Shown here: positions 9,354-17,850 of the stretch, piece by piece
Position numbering within the stretch: the first letter of the stretch is position 1
Layout of the letters: each line of letters starts with the position of its first letter
From: Chitinophagales bacterium
GTDB lineage: Bacteria > Bacteroidota > Bacteroidia > Chitinophagales > BACL12
Direction of reading: 5' to 3'
Length of the DNA stretch: 64,000 nucleotides
Assembly: GCA_019694895.1 (NCBI GenBank)
Contig: JAIBBA010000001.1
Coordinates: 13,403 to 77,402, forward strand
Program-made: the position numbers and the translations under genes
Notes under the pieces: generated by a model
Told to the model about the DNA's origin: nothing
Database searches by the model: none
What the model saw: the letters and a program-made list of their open reading frames with translations, nothing else

Positions 9354-10655
9354 TTATAATTCGCGTTCAGTATCAAATCCTTCCAGATAATCAGCTACGC
9401 GTTTCAGGAATGATCCGCCCAACATACCGTCAACAACTCGGTGATCGTAACTCATACTCATAAACATCATATGTCTGATGGCAATTACATCACCTTGTGT
9501 GGTTTCCAACACTACAGGACGTTTTTTGATAGCACCAACTGCCATAATAGCTACTTGTGGTTGATTGATGATGGGTGTTCCCATCAGGCTGCCAAATGAC
9601 CCAACGTTGGTAAGCGTGAATGTGCCATCCTGAATTTCTTCCGGCTTTAATTTATTGGCACGCGCTCTGTTTGCAAGATCGTTCACGACCATGGTTAATC
9701 CAACCATATTCATGCGATCGGCATTTTTAATTACCGGAACGATAAGATTACCACTTGGCAATGCAGCTGCCATTCCGATATTGATGTCTTTTTTGTAAAT
9801 AATATTATTGCCGTCAACAGAAATATTAATACCCGGAAAATCTTTAATTGCTTTTGCAATTGCCTCAATAAATATTGGCGTATAGGTTATTTTCTGTCCT
9901 TCGCGTTGTTCAAATTTTCCTTTGATACGATTACGCCATTCAACAATTGGCGTCATATCTACTTCAACATACGATGTAACGTGTGGCGAAACGCGTTTAC
10001 TCATAACCATATGATCGGCAATAAGTTTGCGCATACGGTCCATTTCGCGGATCTCTACATTACCACTTACTGAAGCAGTTTTTACAATTACCGGTTCTTC
10101 AGTTTTAGTTTGTGTAACAGGTGCTTGTTGTTCTACCGGTGCCTGTGTTGTGCCGGCACCTCTATTCTGCACGTAATTGAGAATATCGCCTTTAGTAACG
10201 CGATTATCTTTTCCTGTTCCCGGAATACGCTCTAATTCGGCCATTGAAATGCCTTCCTCGCGTGCAATATTTAATACCAGTGGACTATAAAACCTGTCAC
10301 CGGCAACTACAGGAACTTCAGTTTGCACTACCGGCGCAACTACCTTAGGTGTTTCTACAACTACTTCAGTCTTTACTGCCGGCTCCGGTGCAGCAGTTTT
10401 TGTTGTAACTGATCCGTCGCCATCAAGTATTGCAATCGCCTTACCTATCTGAACAACATCCCCTTCCTTAAATAATATCTTGGTCAAAGTACCTGCAAAG
10501 GGTGAAGGAACCTCGCTGTCTACTTTGTCTGTAGCAATTTCCAAAACCGCTTCATCAACGCTAACGGTATCGCCTTCTTTCTTCAACCACTTCAGAATGG
10601 TTGCTTCCATAATACTCTCGCCCATCTTGGGCATGATCAGTTCTTTCTGCGCCAT
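9354..10655 (-). CDS. 2-oxoacid dehydrogenase complex E2 dihydrolipoyl acyltransferase
   Basis: Lipoyl domain EIATDKVDSEVPSP, E3/E1-binding domain SPLVLNIAREEGI..., catalytic HMMFMSMSYDHRVVDG. I chose ATG 10655 (MAQKELIMPKMGES) rather than the 9-codon extension in the ORF track. Confidence 0.9.
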   Translation of the reverse strand: MAQKELIMPKMGESIMEATILKWLKKEGDTVSVDEAVLEIATDKVDSEVPSPFAGTLTKILFKEGDVVQIGKAIAILDGDGSVTTKTAAPEPAVKTEVVVETPKVVAPVVQTEVPVVAGDRFYSPLVLNIAREEGISMAELERIPGTGKDNRVTKGDILNYVQNRGAGTTQAPVEQQAPVTQTKTEEPVIVKTASVSGNVEIREMDRMRKLIADHMVMSKRVSPHVTSYVEVDMTPIVEWRNRIKGKFEQREGQKITYTPIFIEAIAKAIKDFPGINISVDGNNIIYKKDINIGMAAALPSGNLIVPVIKNADRMNMVGLTMVVNDLANRARANKLKPEEIQDGTFTLTNVGSFGSLMGTPIINQPQVAIMAVGAIKKRPVVLETTQGDVIAIRHMMFMSMSYDHRVVDGMLGGSFLKRVADYLEGFDTEREL

Positions 10656-10741
10656 GTTTAATTCGAATTGTAAATAGTACACTAGTCGTAACCCACAGAC
10701 ACACCATGCCTATGTTAACAGTATTCGCAAAAATAAGCCCT

Positions 10742-11998
10742 TTAAGATGGTTTAACAAGGATTTCAGTCAACAGTAAGCGCATCTCATGCAGCGCAAACA
10801 TGCAAGCATATTCAATATTGATCTCTCGATTCTTGTTGAAAAAATATTTGTGGACCACTTTTTTGCCTCCTCCGGCTACTCCAACCCATACGGTACCAAC
10901 CGGTTTATCGGCAGTTCCGCCTGTCGGGCCGGCAATTCCACTCGTTGCAATAGCGAAATCGGTCCCCAAAACGGTTAAAGCGCCATCCAGCATAGCAGAT
11001 ACCGTTTCTTCACTTACGGCACCAAATTGGGAAATGATGGATTCATTAACCTGCAAAATATTGATTTTCAATTGATTATCGTATGCAATCACCCCGCCTT
11101 TAAACCAATTGGAACTCCCCGGAATAGCAGTGATCTTATGCGCAATCTTGCCTCCTGTGCAACTTTCAGCGCATCCTAGAGTTGCCTTGCCCTCGACAAG
11201 CAATTTTCCTAAATGTTCCTCTATCGAGATAGGTTCCTCAGCATAAATACCGGATCCCAGTATTCGTCGCATTTCATTGCTTAACATCTCTAATTCTGCC
11301 TTGAGTGTTGCAGCATCGGAGCCTCTTGCTGTCAATCGCAACTTTACAACTCCGGGCGATGGGAGGTAGGCTAATCCAATATGACCGGGCAACATAGCCT
11401 CCAGTGGCTCGAGTTGACGAGCCAGAAAACTTTCGCTGATACCACTTGTCATAAAATATTGGTTAAGCAGGGTAGGGAATTGCAATTCTTCCCTTAAACG
11501 AGGTAATACCTGGTCGGTCATGAGACCTTTCATCTCAAAAGGGACCCCGGGTAAACTTACAATAACGCTGCCATTTCGCTTGAAAAGCATGCCCTGAGCG
11601 GTTCCTAGAGCATTATGCAGCACCTCGCAGTTGTGCGGATACATGGCCTGATCGCGATTGTTTTCCGTAAATGGAATGTTTCGCTTGGCGAAGGCAGCTT
11701 TTAACCTGTCGTAAATGTCTTGATGGAATTCGAGGGTGCTATCGAAATAGCGGCAGAGCGTTTTTTTCGTGATGTCATCTTTGGTTGGGCCCAGGCCTCC
11801 TGTAATGATGATAATTTCCATTTCGCCAACATAGGCGTGCAGCGTGCCGAGTATATGATCTGCATGATCAGAAATAGCCAGCACCTCATGAATATCTACA
11901 CCCAACGGTTGCAGTACTGTTGAGATCCAACTTGCATTGGTATTTATTGTCGTGCCATTAAGAATTTCGTCGCCAATGGAAATGAGTGCAGCCCGCAT
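10742..11998 (-). CDS. cinA: competence/damage-inducible protein CinA (MoCF-binding domain plus NMN amidohydrolase domain)
   Basis: MRAALISIGDEILNGTTINTN..GGLGPTKDD at the N-terminus and LGCAESCTGGKIA...VGTVWVG in the C-terminal CinA domain. Start moved to ATG 11998. Confidence 0.88.
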   Translation of the reverse strand: MRAALISIGDEILNGTTINTNASWISTVLQPLGVDIHEVLAISDHADHILGTLHAYVGEMEIIIITGGLGPTKDDITKKTLCRYFDSTLEFHQDIYDRLKAAFAKRNIPFTENNRDQAMYPHNCEVLHNALGTAQGMLFKRNGSVIVSLPGVPFEMKGLMTDQVLPRLREELQFPTLLNQYFMTSGISESFLARQLEPLEAMLPGHIGLAYLPSPGVVKLRLTARGSDAATLKAELEMLSNEMRRILGSGIYAEEPISIEEHLGKLLVEGKATLGCAESCTGGKIAHKITAIPGSSNWFKGGVIAYDNQLKINILQVNESIISQFGAVSEETVSAMLDGALTVLGTDFAIATSGIAGPTGGTADKPVGTVWVGVAGGGKKVVHKYFFNKNREINIEYACMFALHEMRLLLTEILVKPS

Positions 11999-12132
11999 AT
12001 TTGTATTTTGTAGTAAAGGTATAAGTTGTGAAAGGGAATTACTGACCATAACAACAAATTATACTGATAATTGTGCGATGCATGCCCAACATTTCAAACA
12101 AAGATTTAATTTGGCATCAAAATGCAATTGTC

Positions 12133-12858
12133 ATGTTTAGAAATTTCTGCTTAGCCGCAATCACCATGTATTTATTTACAGGGGCCACTTGCGATCCTCA
12201 GGTAATGGAGGATGTTTTAAATACAGTTATGAGCACCACGATTACCGATCAGGAAGCCTCTAATGGATTGATAGAAGCCTTGGTGCAAGGGGCTTCCAAT
12301 GGTTCAGCTACACTGGCAAAAGTGGATGGTTACCTGAAAAATCCATCTGTGAAAATTCCATTTCCTCCGGAAGCGCAGAAAATAGAAACCACGCTGCGCG
12401 ATCTTGGATTGAATAAAATGTGTGATGATGTGATCAATTCTGTAAATCACGCCGCTGAGGATGCTGCTGCTGAAGCTAAGCCGATTTTGGTTAACAGTAT
12501 TCGATCTATGACATTTAGCGATGCCATGAATATTTTAATGGGTGCCGACGATGCTGCCACTGAGTATTTGAAAAAAACAACAACAGCACAATTAACAGCA
12601 AAATTCAAACCCGTTATTGACAAATCGCTCAGTGAAGTAGGTGCAACAAAATATTGGAGTGATGCCGTTAATTATTATAATAAAATACCATTGGTAGAGG
12701 ACATGAATCCCAATTTATCAGATTATGTGACTCAAAAAGCGTTGGATGGGCTATTCTATATGATAGAACAGGAGGAGCTTAAAATACGCCAGGATCCGGC
12801 CGCCAGAGCCTCAGAAATCGTTCAAAAAGTGTTCGGTTACTACGATACCCACAAGTAA
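12133..12858 (+). CDS. DUF4197 domain-containing protein
   Basis: KIPFPPEAQKIE...AAEDAAAEAKPILVNSI...ATEYLKKTT...KFKPVI...YVTQKALDGLFYMIEQEELKIRQDPAARASEIVQKVFG closely matches my memory of DUF4197 proteins. ATG 12133 gives a hydrophobic N-terminus. Confidence 0.75.
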   Translation: MFRNFCLAAITMYLFTGATCDPQVMEDVLNTVMSTTITDQEASNGLIEALVQGASNGSATLAKVDGYLKNPSVKIPFPPEAQKIETTLRDLGLNKMCDDVINSVNHAAEDAAAEAKPILVNSIRSMTFSDAMNILMGADDAATEYLKKTTTAQLTAKFKPVIDKSLSEVGATKYWSDAVNYYNKIPLVEDMNPNLSDYVTQKALDGLFYMIEQEELKIRQDPAARASEIVQKVFGYYDTHK

Positions 12859-12881
12859 CAAAGAGGAAAATTTGTTAATAA

Positions 12882-12916
12882 GTCCCCGGTGTATTCACTT
12901 TCGGGGCTTTTTTTTA
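12882..12916 (+). terminator. Rho-independent terminator
   Basis: GTCCCCG ... CGGGGC stem followed by T8. Confidence 0.75.
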
Positions 12917-12948
12917 CCTGAAAATTGCTAAAAAATCAGAAAGACGTT

Positions 12949-12956
12949 TAAGTTTG
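12949..12956 (+). promoter_or_regulatory. candidate Bacteroidota -7 promoter box (TAnnTTTG) for the susC-like gene
   Basis: TAAGTTTG matches the TAnnTTTG consensus, 80 nt upstream of ATG 13036. The motif is short, so this is weak evidence alone. Confidence 0.3.
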
Positions 12957-13035
12957 TTGTTTAAAGTATTTTAACATTAGACTTTACAGGGTCAGTTAAA
13001 AGATTAAACCTATTATTTCATTCAAAACCAAATCT

Positions 13036-16000
13036 ATGAGAAAACTAGCTGCCTCGGTGCTGCTGTTAATGTTTGGTATGGTATCTGTGGCCTTCGGGCA
13101 GGGCAAAACCATTACCGGAACAGTAACGTCGGCAACCGACAATCAGCCTCTGCCAGGCGCAACCGTCATGGTAAAAGGCACAACGGTGGGCACAGTTACA
13201 GACCTGGATGGTAAGTACGTGCTTGTTGTTCCGCAAGACAAAGATGTTTTAGTATTCACATTTCTTGGCTTTAAAACGCTCGAGGAATCCATCGGCAGTA
13301 AAAATGTGGTGAACATTGCGATGGACGAAGACGTGTTAGGTCTGGAAACGGTGGTTGTAACCGCCCTGGGTATCCCGAAAGAAAAACTTTCGTTAGGGGT
13401 ATCTACACAGGAAGTGGGTGGCGACCGCCTCGCAAGTTCCGGTGAGGAAAACCTTGTGGAAGCACTTTCAGCGAAAGCTGCAGGTATCCAGGTGGTTGGT
13501 TCTGCAGGAACTCCCGGTGCATCTGCTAAGATCATTATTCGCGGTCCGAGTACTTTTACCAACGAAAATCAACCACTTATTGTAATTGACGGGGTGCCAA
13601 TCGACAACTCTACTACTAGTACTGTTGCGGGCGACTATCCTTTCAACCCAACATTGAATGGTGTAAGTAACTCAAACCGTGCCATTGACATCAACCCTGA
13701 TGATGTTGAAAGCATCAACATCCTAAAAGGACCTGCAGCCGCTGCGCTTTATGGTTCACGCGCAGGTTCGGGTGCTATCATTATCACAACAAAACGTGGT
13801 AATAAAGCAGGTGATAAAGCAGTCCACATTAATTTCTCATCTTCACTTGAAGTGAGCCAGGTAAATAAAATACCTGCTCAGCAACAATTGTATGCTCAAG
13901 GTTCAGGTGGAGGTTTTACAGATGCTGATGGAAACGTTGATCCTGAAGGTAATTATATTACTTCTGATCCGGGTCCTGACTTCCTTTGGGGAACAGATGA
14001 CGATGGTTCTGCAGGTACCGCCAATTCATGGGGACCACTGATGTCAAATATTGGCATCACGCCAACCGACAACCCCGGAGAATTCTTCCAAAATGGTATG
14101 ACCTATAATAATAACTTGAGTGTTTCCGGTGGAACTGATCGCGGATCTCTGCGTCTTTCTATTGGTAATACACAAGATAAAGGTATTGTTCCAAATACAG
14201 AATTCGACAGAACTTCAGTTCGCGTTAATTCAGACATGCGAATTTATGATAAACTGAAAGTTGCCGTTGATGCCAACTATATCACCAGTGGTGGTACTCG
14301 CGCTCAAAATGGTAGTAACCTTTCTGGTGTAATGTTATCATTACTTAGAACACCAACAAGCTACGATCTTGGAGCCGGTTATGAATATCCTTCAGGCGAC
14401 AACCGCAACTATTTCTCAGCATATGATAATCCATACTGGACTGTAAATAATAACCCGTACACTGATAATGTAAATCGTTTGTTGAGCAATGTTTCAGCAA
14501 CTTACACTCCTTGGACCTGGTTAAATGTTACTTATCGCGTTGGTGCTGATAACTATACTGATTTGCGTAAACAGATTTTCTCTATCGGTTCTAACGACCC
14601 TGCAAATGCGCCGGGTGGACAAATCGAAGAAAATACTATTCGCTATCGTCAGATATACAGTGACCTTATTGCAACAGCTACACATCAAGTAAATGAAGAC
14701 TTAGGAATTACATTAACTGTAGGTAATAACCTCACTGATATTGATATCAACAATCAATATTCACGCGGTCGCGACCTTACCATTCCTGATTTTTATAACT
14801 TGTCGAATGCTGCCGACTTGTATTCTTCACAGTATACAACTAAACAACGTAACGCAGCCTTCTTTGGCGATCTCGAGTTTGATTATCGCGAATTATTATT
14901 CTTGACTTTGACAGGTCGTGATGAATTTTCATCTACTTACGGACCTAATCAAAGTTCAGCATTCTTCCCATCAGCCAGCGTTGCATTTGTATTCAGCGAT
15001 ATCCTGACTACAAACAATATCTGGTCATTCGGTAAATTGCGTTTTGCTTATGCACAAGCAGGTATCGAACCTCAACCTTACAGTGCTGACACTTACTTCA
15101 TACCACCACTGTATACCGATGGTTTCACAGATGGTTATAGTTTCCCTTACCTCGGACAATCAGGTTTCGGTTACTCACAATTGAATACATTGGGTAATCC
15201 TGATCTTAGCCCTGAGCGTTTGACAGGAACTGAATTTGGTCTCGAATTGAAATTCTGGAAAGGACGTATCGACCTCGATGCCGTTTATTATATCCAGGAA
15301 TCATCTGATATCCTTCTCACCAAACCGATTGCATCTACATCAGGTTTCTCTTATGTATATGACAATGCAGGTGCGATGACAAATAAGGGTATTGAATTGA
15401 CATTGAATGCAGATATCATTAAGAAGAAAAATCTGACATGGAATGTTGGTGGTAACTTCAGCAAAAACGAAAACGAAGTAACACAACTTGCTGATGGTGT
15501 TGATGAAATTGAGATTGAAGCAGGTTTCGGTGATCCGGGTGCTTATGTGATCGTTGGTCAGCCTTATGGTTTACTTTACGGTTCACAGTGGGCATATAAT
15601 GAAGATGGTGATTTATTAATCGATCCATCATCAGGCTTACCAATTTTCGATACAGTGAGTGGTGTTATCGGCGATCCATATCCGGATTGGTTGATGAACA
15701 TCAGCACTGCACTTACTTACAAAGGATTCACTGTAAGTGGATTGCTTGATATTCGCAAAGGTGGTGACATCTGGTGCGGAACTATTGCTCGTATGAACCG
15801 TATCGGTATCAGCGAAGCTTCAGGCGATCGTACTGAAACTTATGTAATCGATGGTGTAATTGAAAATGCTGATGGCACATATTCACAAAATGACATCGCT
15901 ATTTCACCTGCTGATTATTGGCAAAGCTACCAGGGCGATTTCGGCGCATCTTCACAAGCTGTTTATGATGGCGGATGGGTGCGTTTGCGCGAAGTAAAAC

Positions 16001-16209
16001 TCGCTTACGAATTCAACCTCGATAAGAAGAATGTGATCAAAGGCCTTACAGTGGCTGCAACAGGTCGCAACCTCTTCCTCAAAACCGATTACCCAGGTGT
16101 AGATCCTGAAACAAGCCTTACAGGTGCAGGTTCAAACATCTCAGGTTTCGACTGGTTTAATAACCCTGGAACTAAATCATATTTATTCACAGTAAGCGCT
16201 GCTTTCTAA
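13036..16209 (+). CDS. SusC/RagA-family TonB-linked outer membrane protein
   Basis: 1057 aa. Signal peptide, carboxypeptidase-regulatory-like domain (TGTVTSATDNQPLPGATVMVKGTTVGTVTDLDGKY), plug (NILKGPAAAALYGSRAGSGAIIITTK), long beta-barrel, terminal ...TVSAAF. Followed 18 nt later by a SusD-like gene. Confidence 0.93.
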   Translation: MRKLAASVLLLMFGMVSVAFGQGKTITGTVTSATDNQPLPGATVMVKGTTVGTVTDLDGKYVLVVPQDKDVLVFTFLGFKTLEESIGSKNVVNIAMDEDVLGLETVVVTALGIPKEKLSLGVSTQEVGGDRLASSGEENLVEALSAKAAGIQVVGSAGTPGASAKIIIRGPSTFTNENQPLIVIDGVPIDNSTTSTVAGDYPFNPTLNGVSNSNRAIDINPDDVESINILKGPAAAALYGSRAGSGAIIITTKRGNKAGDKAVHINFSSSLEVSQVNKIPAQQQLYAQGSGGGFTDADGNVDPEGNYITSDPGPDFLWGTDDDGSAGTANSWGPLMSNIGITPTDNPGEFFQNGMTYNNNLSVSGGTDRGSLRLSIGNTQDKGIVPNTEFDRTSVRVNSDMRIYDKLKVAVDANYITSGGTRAQNGSNLSGVMLSLLRTPTSYDLGAGYEYPSGDNRNYFSAYDNPYWTVNNNPYTDNVNRLLSNVSATYTPWTWLNVTYRVGADNYTDLRKQIFSIGSNDPANAPGGQIEENTIRYRQIYSDLIATATHQVNEDLGITLTVGNNLTDIDINNQYSRGRDLTIPDFYNLSNAADLYSSQYTTKQRNAAFFGDLEFDYRELLFLTLTGRDEFSSTYGPNQSSAFFPSASVAFVFSDILTTNNIWSFGKLRFAYAQAGIEPQPYSADTYFIPPLYTDGFTDGYSFPYLGQSGFGYSQLNTLGNPDLSPERLTGTEFGLELKFWKGRIDLDAVYYIQESSDILLTKPIASTSGFSYVYDNAGAMTNKGIELTLNADIIKKKNLTWNVGGNFSKNENEVTQLADGVDEIEIEAGFGDPGAYVIVGQPYGLLYGSQWAYNEDGDLLIDPSSGLPIFDTVSGVIGDPYPDWLMNISTALTYKGFTVSGLLDIRKGGDIWCGTIARMNRIGISEASGDRTETYVIDGVIENADGTYSQNDIAISPADYWQSYQGDFGASSQAVYDGGWVRLREVKLAYEFNLDKKNVIKGLTVAATGRNLFLKTDYPGVDPETSLTGAGSNISGFDWFNNPGTKSYLFTVSAAF

Positions 16210-16227
16210 ACCATTAAAATCTGAATT

Positions 16228-17616
16228 ATGAAAAAGATTATAATGATACTTGCTCTCCCTGCCATCATTATGGCACAGGGTTGCAGCGGCTGGGTTGATG
16301 AGGTAAGTACCTCGCCAAACTCTCCGACAGAAGTAACGCCCGATCTGTTGCTCTCAGTTTCTGAGGTTGCAATGCAGACACTTTATACCGGGCAACTTAC
16401 CCGCACCGCTTCTATTCTGACACAGCAGTGCGCCGGTAACGATTTCCAAATGATTGATATCCGTGATTATAAAATCACTGAATTAAGTAATACCAACGAA
16501 TGGAAAACTGTATACGCCGATGCTTTAATCAATCAACAAACATTGATTGATATCGCCGGTGATGAAAATCCATATTATCGCGGAATTGCACGCGTATTGA
16601 AATGTATGACTATCGGAATCGCTACAGATTTCTGGGGCGATGTGCCATACTCTCAAGCGCTTCAAGGACTCGATGGTACCGATGCGGCTTTGAATCCTGA
16701 ATATGATGCACAAGCAGATATCATTGCTGCTATGCAATCAGAACTAGATGCAGCTATAGCCGATTTATCAATGCCATCAACCTCAAATGCTTTCTTGCCT
16801 GCTTCGGATGATTTCATCCATAATGGTGATGTAAGCATGTGGATCAAAGCTGCTCATATGATGAAGGCTCGTTATGCCAATCGCTTGAGCAAACGCGATG
16901 CAACAGGTTCTGCTAATGAAGCATTGATGCATATCGCTGAATCAGGTGTTACCTCTAATGCAGATAACACGAATGCAATCTTTGGTACAAATGGAAATGA
17001 ATTGAACCCTTGGTTCTCTTTCAATACCACTCGCGCTAATTACATCAAAATGGGTGCATTCTTTATCGACTTATTATCTTCAACCAACGACCCACGTCTG
17101 CCTTTGTATGCAACTACGGATGATGGTGGCGGATACTCAGGTGTAGCTACAAACAGTGTGGATCCTGCTGCATCAAATACTGGTGAATTGTATTCATCTG
17201 ATGCATCACCATTGCCATTGCTCACTTACTATGAAATGAAATTCATCGAAGCTGAAGCTAACCTCCGTCTTGGCAATAATGATGCTGCCGCTGCCGCATT
17301 AAACGATGCAGTGAAAGCGAATATTCTCGCCACGGTAGGTGCTCCTGATCCTGTTTATGAAGCAGCTCACGCAAGTGAAACCGGCGCTTCAATCACACTT
17401 GATAAGATCATGACGCAGAAATATATCGCTATGTTCACTCAGCCTGAATCTTGGGCCGACTGGCGTCGCACAAATATTCCTGCATTGACACCAAATCCGG
17501 ATGCGATCTATGATGAAATTCCTCGTCGCTTCCCAACTTGTATTGATGAGCGTCTCTACAATAGCAATGTGCAAGTTGTAGGTGATATCACTTTACCTGT
17601 TTGGTGGGATGAATAA
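16228..17616 (+). CDS. SusD/RagB-family nutrient-binding outer membrane lipoprotein
   Basis: Lipobox LPAIIMAQGCS. The position immediately after SusC, the helical TPR-like composition and the C-terminal ...WADWRRTNIPAL motif are typical of SusD-like proteins. Confidence 0.82.
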   Translation: MKKIIMILALPAIIMAQGCSGWVDEVSTSPNSPTEVTPDLLLSVSEVAMQTLYTGQLTRTASILTQQCAGNDFQMIDIRDYKITELSNTNEWKTVYADALINQQTLIDIAGDENPYYRGIARVLKCMTIGIATDFWGDVPYSQALQGLDGTDAALNPEYDAQADIIAAMQSELDAAIADLSMPSTSNAFLPASDDFIHNGDVSMWIKAAHMMKARYANRLSKRDATGSANEALMHIAESGVTSNADNTNAIFGTNGNELNPWFSFNTTRANYIKMGAFFIDLLSSTNDPRLPLYATTDDGGGYSGVATNSVDPAASNTGELYSSDASPLPLLTYYEMKFIEAEANLRLGNNDAAAAALNDAVKANILATVGAPDPVYEAAHASETGASITLDKIMTQKYIAMFTQPESWADWRRTNIPALTPNPDAIYDEIPRRFPTCIDERLYNSNVQVVGDITLPVWWDE

Positions 17617-17644
17617 TTAAATCATAACACTTTAATAAAAAGAC

Positions 17645-17675
17645 AAAAGCCCTGCTCTATTGAGTGGGGCTTTTT
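17645..17675. terminator. bidirectional Rho-independent terminator
   Basis: AAAAGCCCT ... GGGGCTTTTT hairpin flanked by an A-run and a T-run, between convergent susD-like and pbpC genes. Confidence 0.7.
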
Positions 17676-17713
17676 GATTATTAAATGTATCAAGCTGCAC
17701 ACTACTTGCTACC

Positions 17714-17783
17714 AATCGTGAATCGTGACTCGTGAGTCGTGAATCGTGAGTGGTGAGTGGTGAGTGGTGAGTGGTGAGTCGTG
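17714..17783 (+). repeat. phased heptanucleotide tandem array, 10 units
   Basis: AATCGTG AATCGTG ACTCGTG AGTCGTG AATCGTG AGTGGTG AGTGGTG AGTGGTG AGTGGTG AGTCGTG, head to tail with no phase break. Confidence 0.95.
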
Positions 17784-17806
17784 AATTTTTACCTGATACC
17801 TGTCAA

Positions 17807-17845
17807 CTCACCACTGACCCACTCACCCACTGACCCACTCACGAT
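17807..17845 (-). repeat. inverted arm of the same repeat family (GTGAGTGGGTSAGT units on the minus strand)
   Basis: CTCACCACTGACCCACTCACCCACTGACCCACTCACGAT is the reverse complement of ATCGTGAGTGGGTCAGTGGGTGAGTGGGTCAGTGGTGAG. It is near-identical to 50796-50828 and complementary to the 17749-17783 array. Confidence 0.85.
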
Positions 17846-17850
17846 TTCCC

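Noticed and set aside
13143-13562. Long antisense or alternative-frame ORFs inside well-supported genes. Examples are 13143..13562, 29681..30151, 32317..32643, 6400..6738, 23992..24354, 46237..46569, 10800..11075 and 22254..22547.
   Set aside because: Each lies entirely inside a CDS with strong family motifs in another frame or strand. Their compositions are biased (Ser/Pro/Thr-rich or Ile/Phe-rich), as expected for shadow ORFs. None has a signal, motif or independent terminator.
17714-17845. Possible CRISPR array, because of regularly spaced short repeats at 17.7 kb and 50.7 kb.
   Set aside because: The units are 7-8 bp and directly abut one another with no spacers. Total length is under 150 bp, and no cas genes are present in the window. 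This is a microsatellite-like element, not CRISPR.
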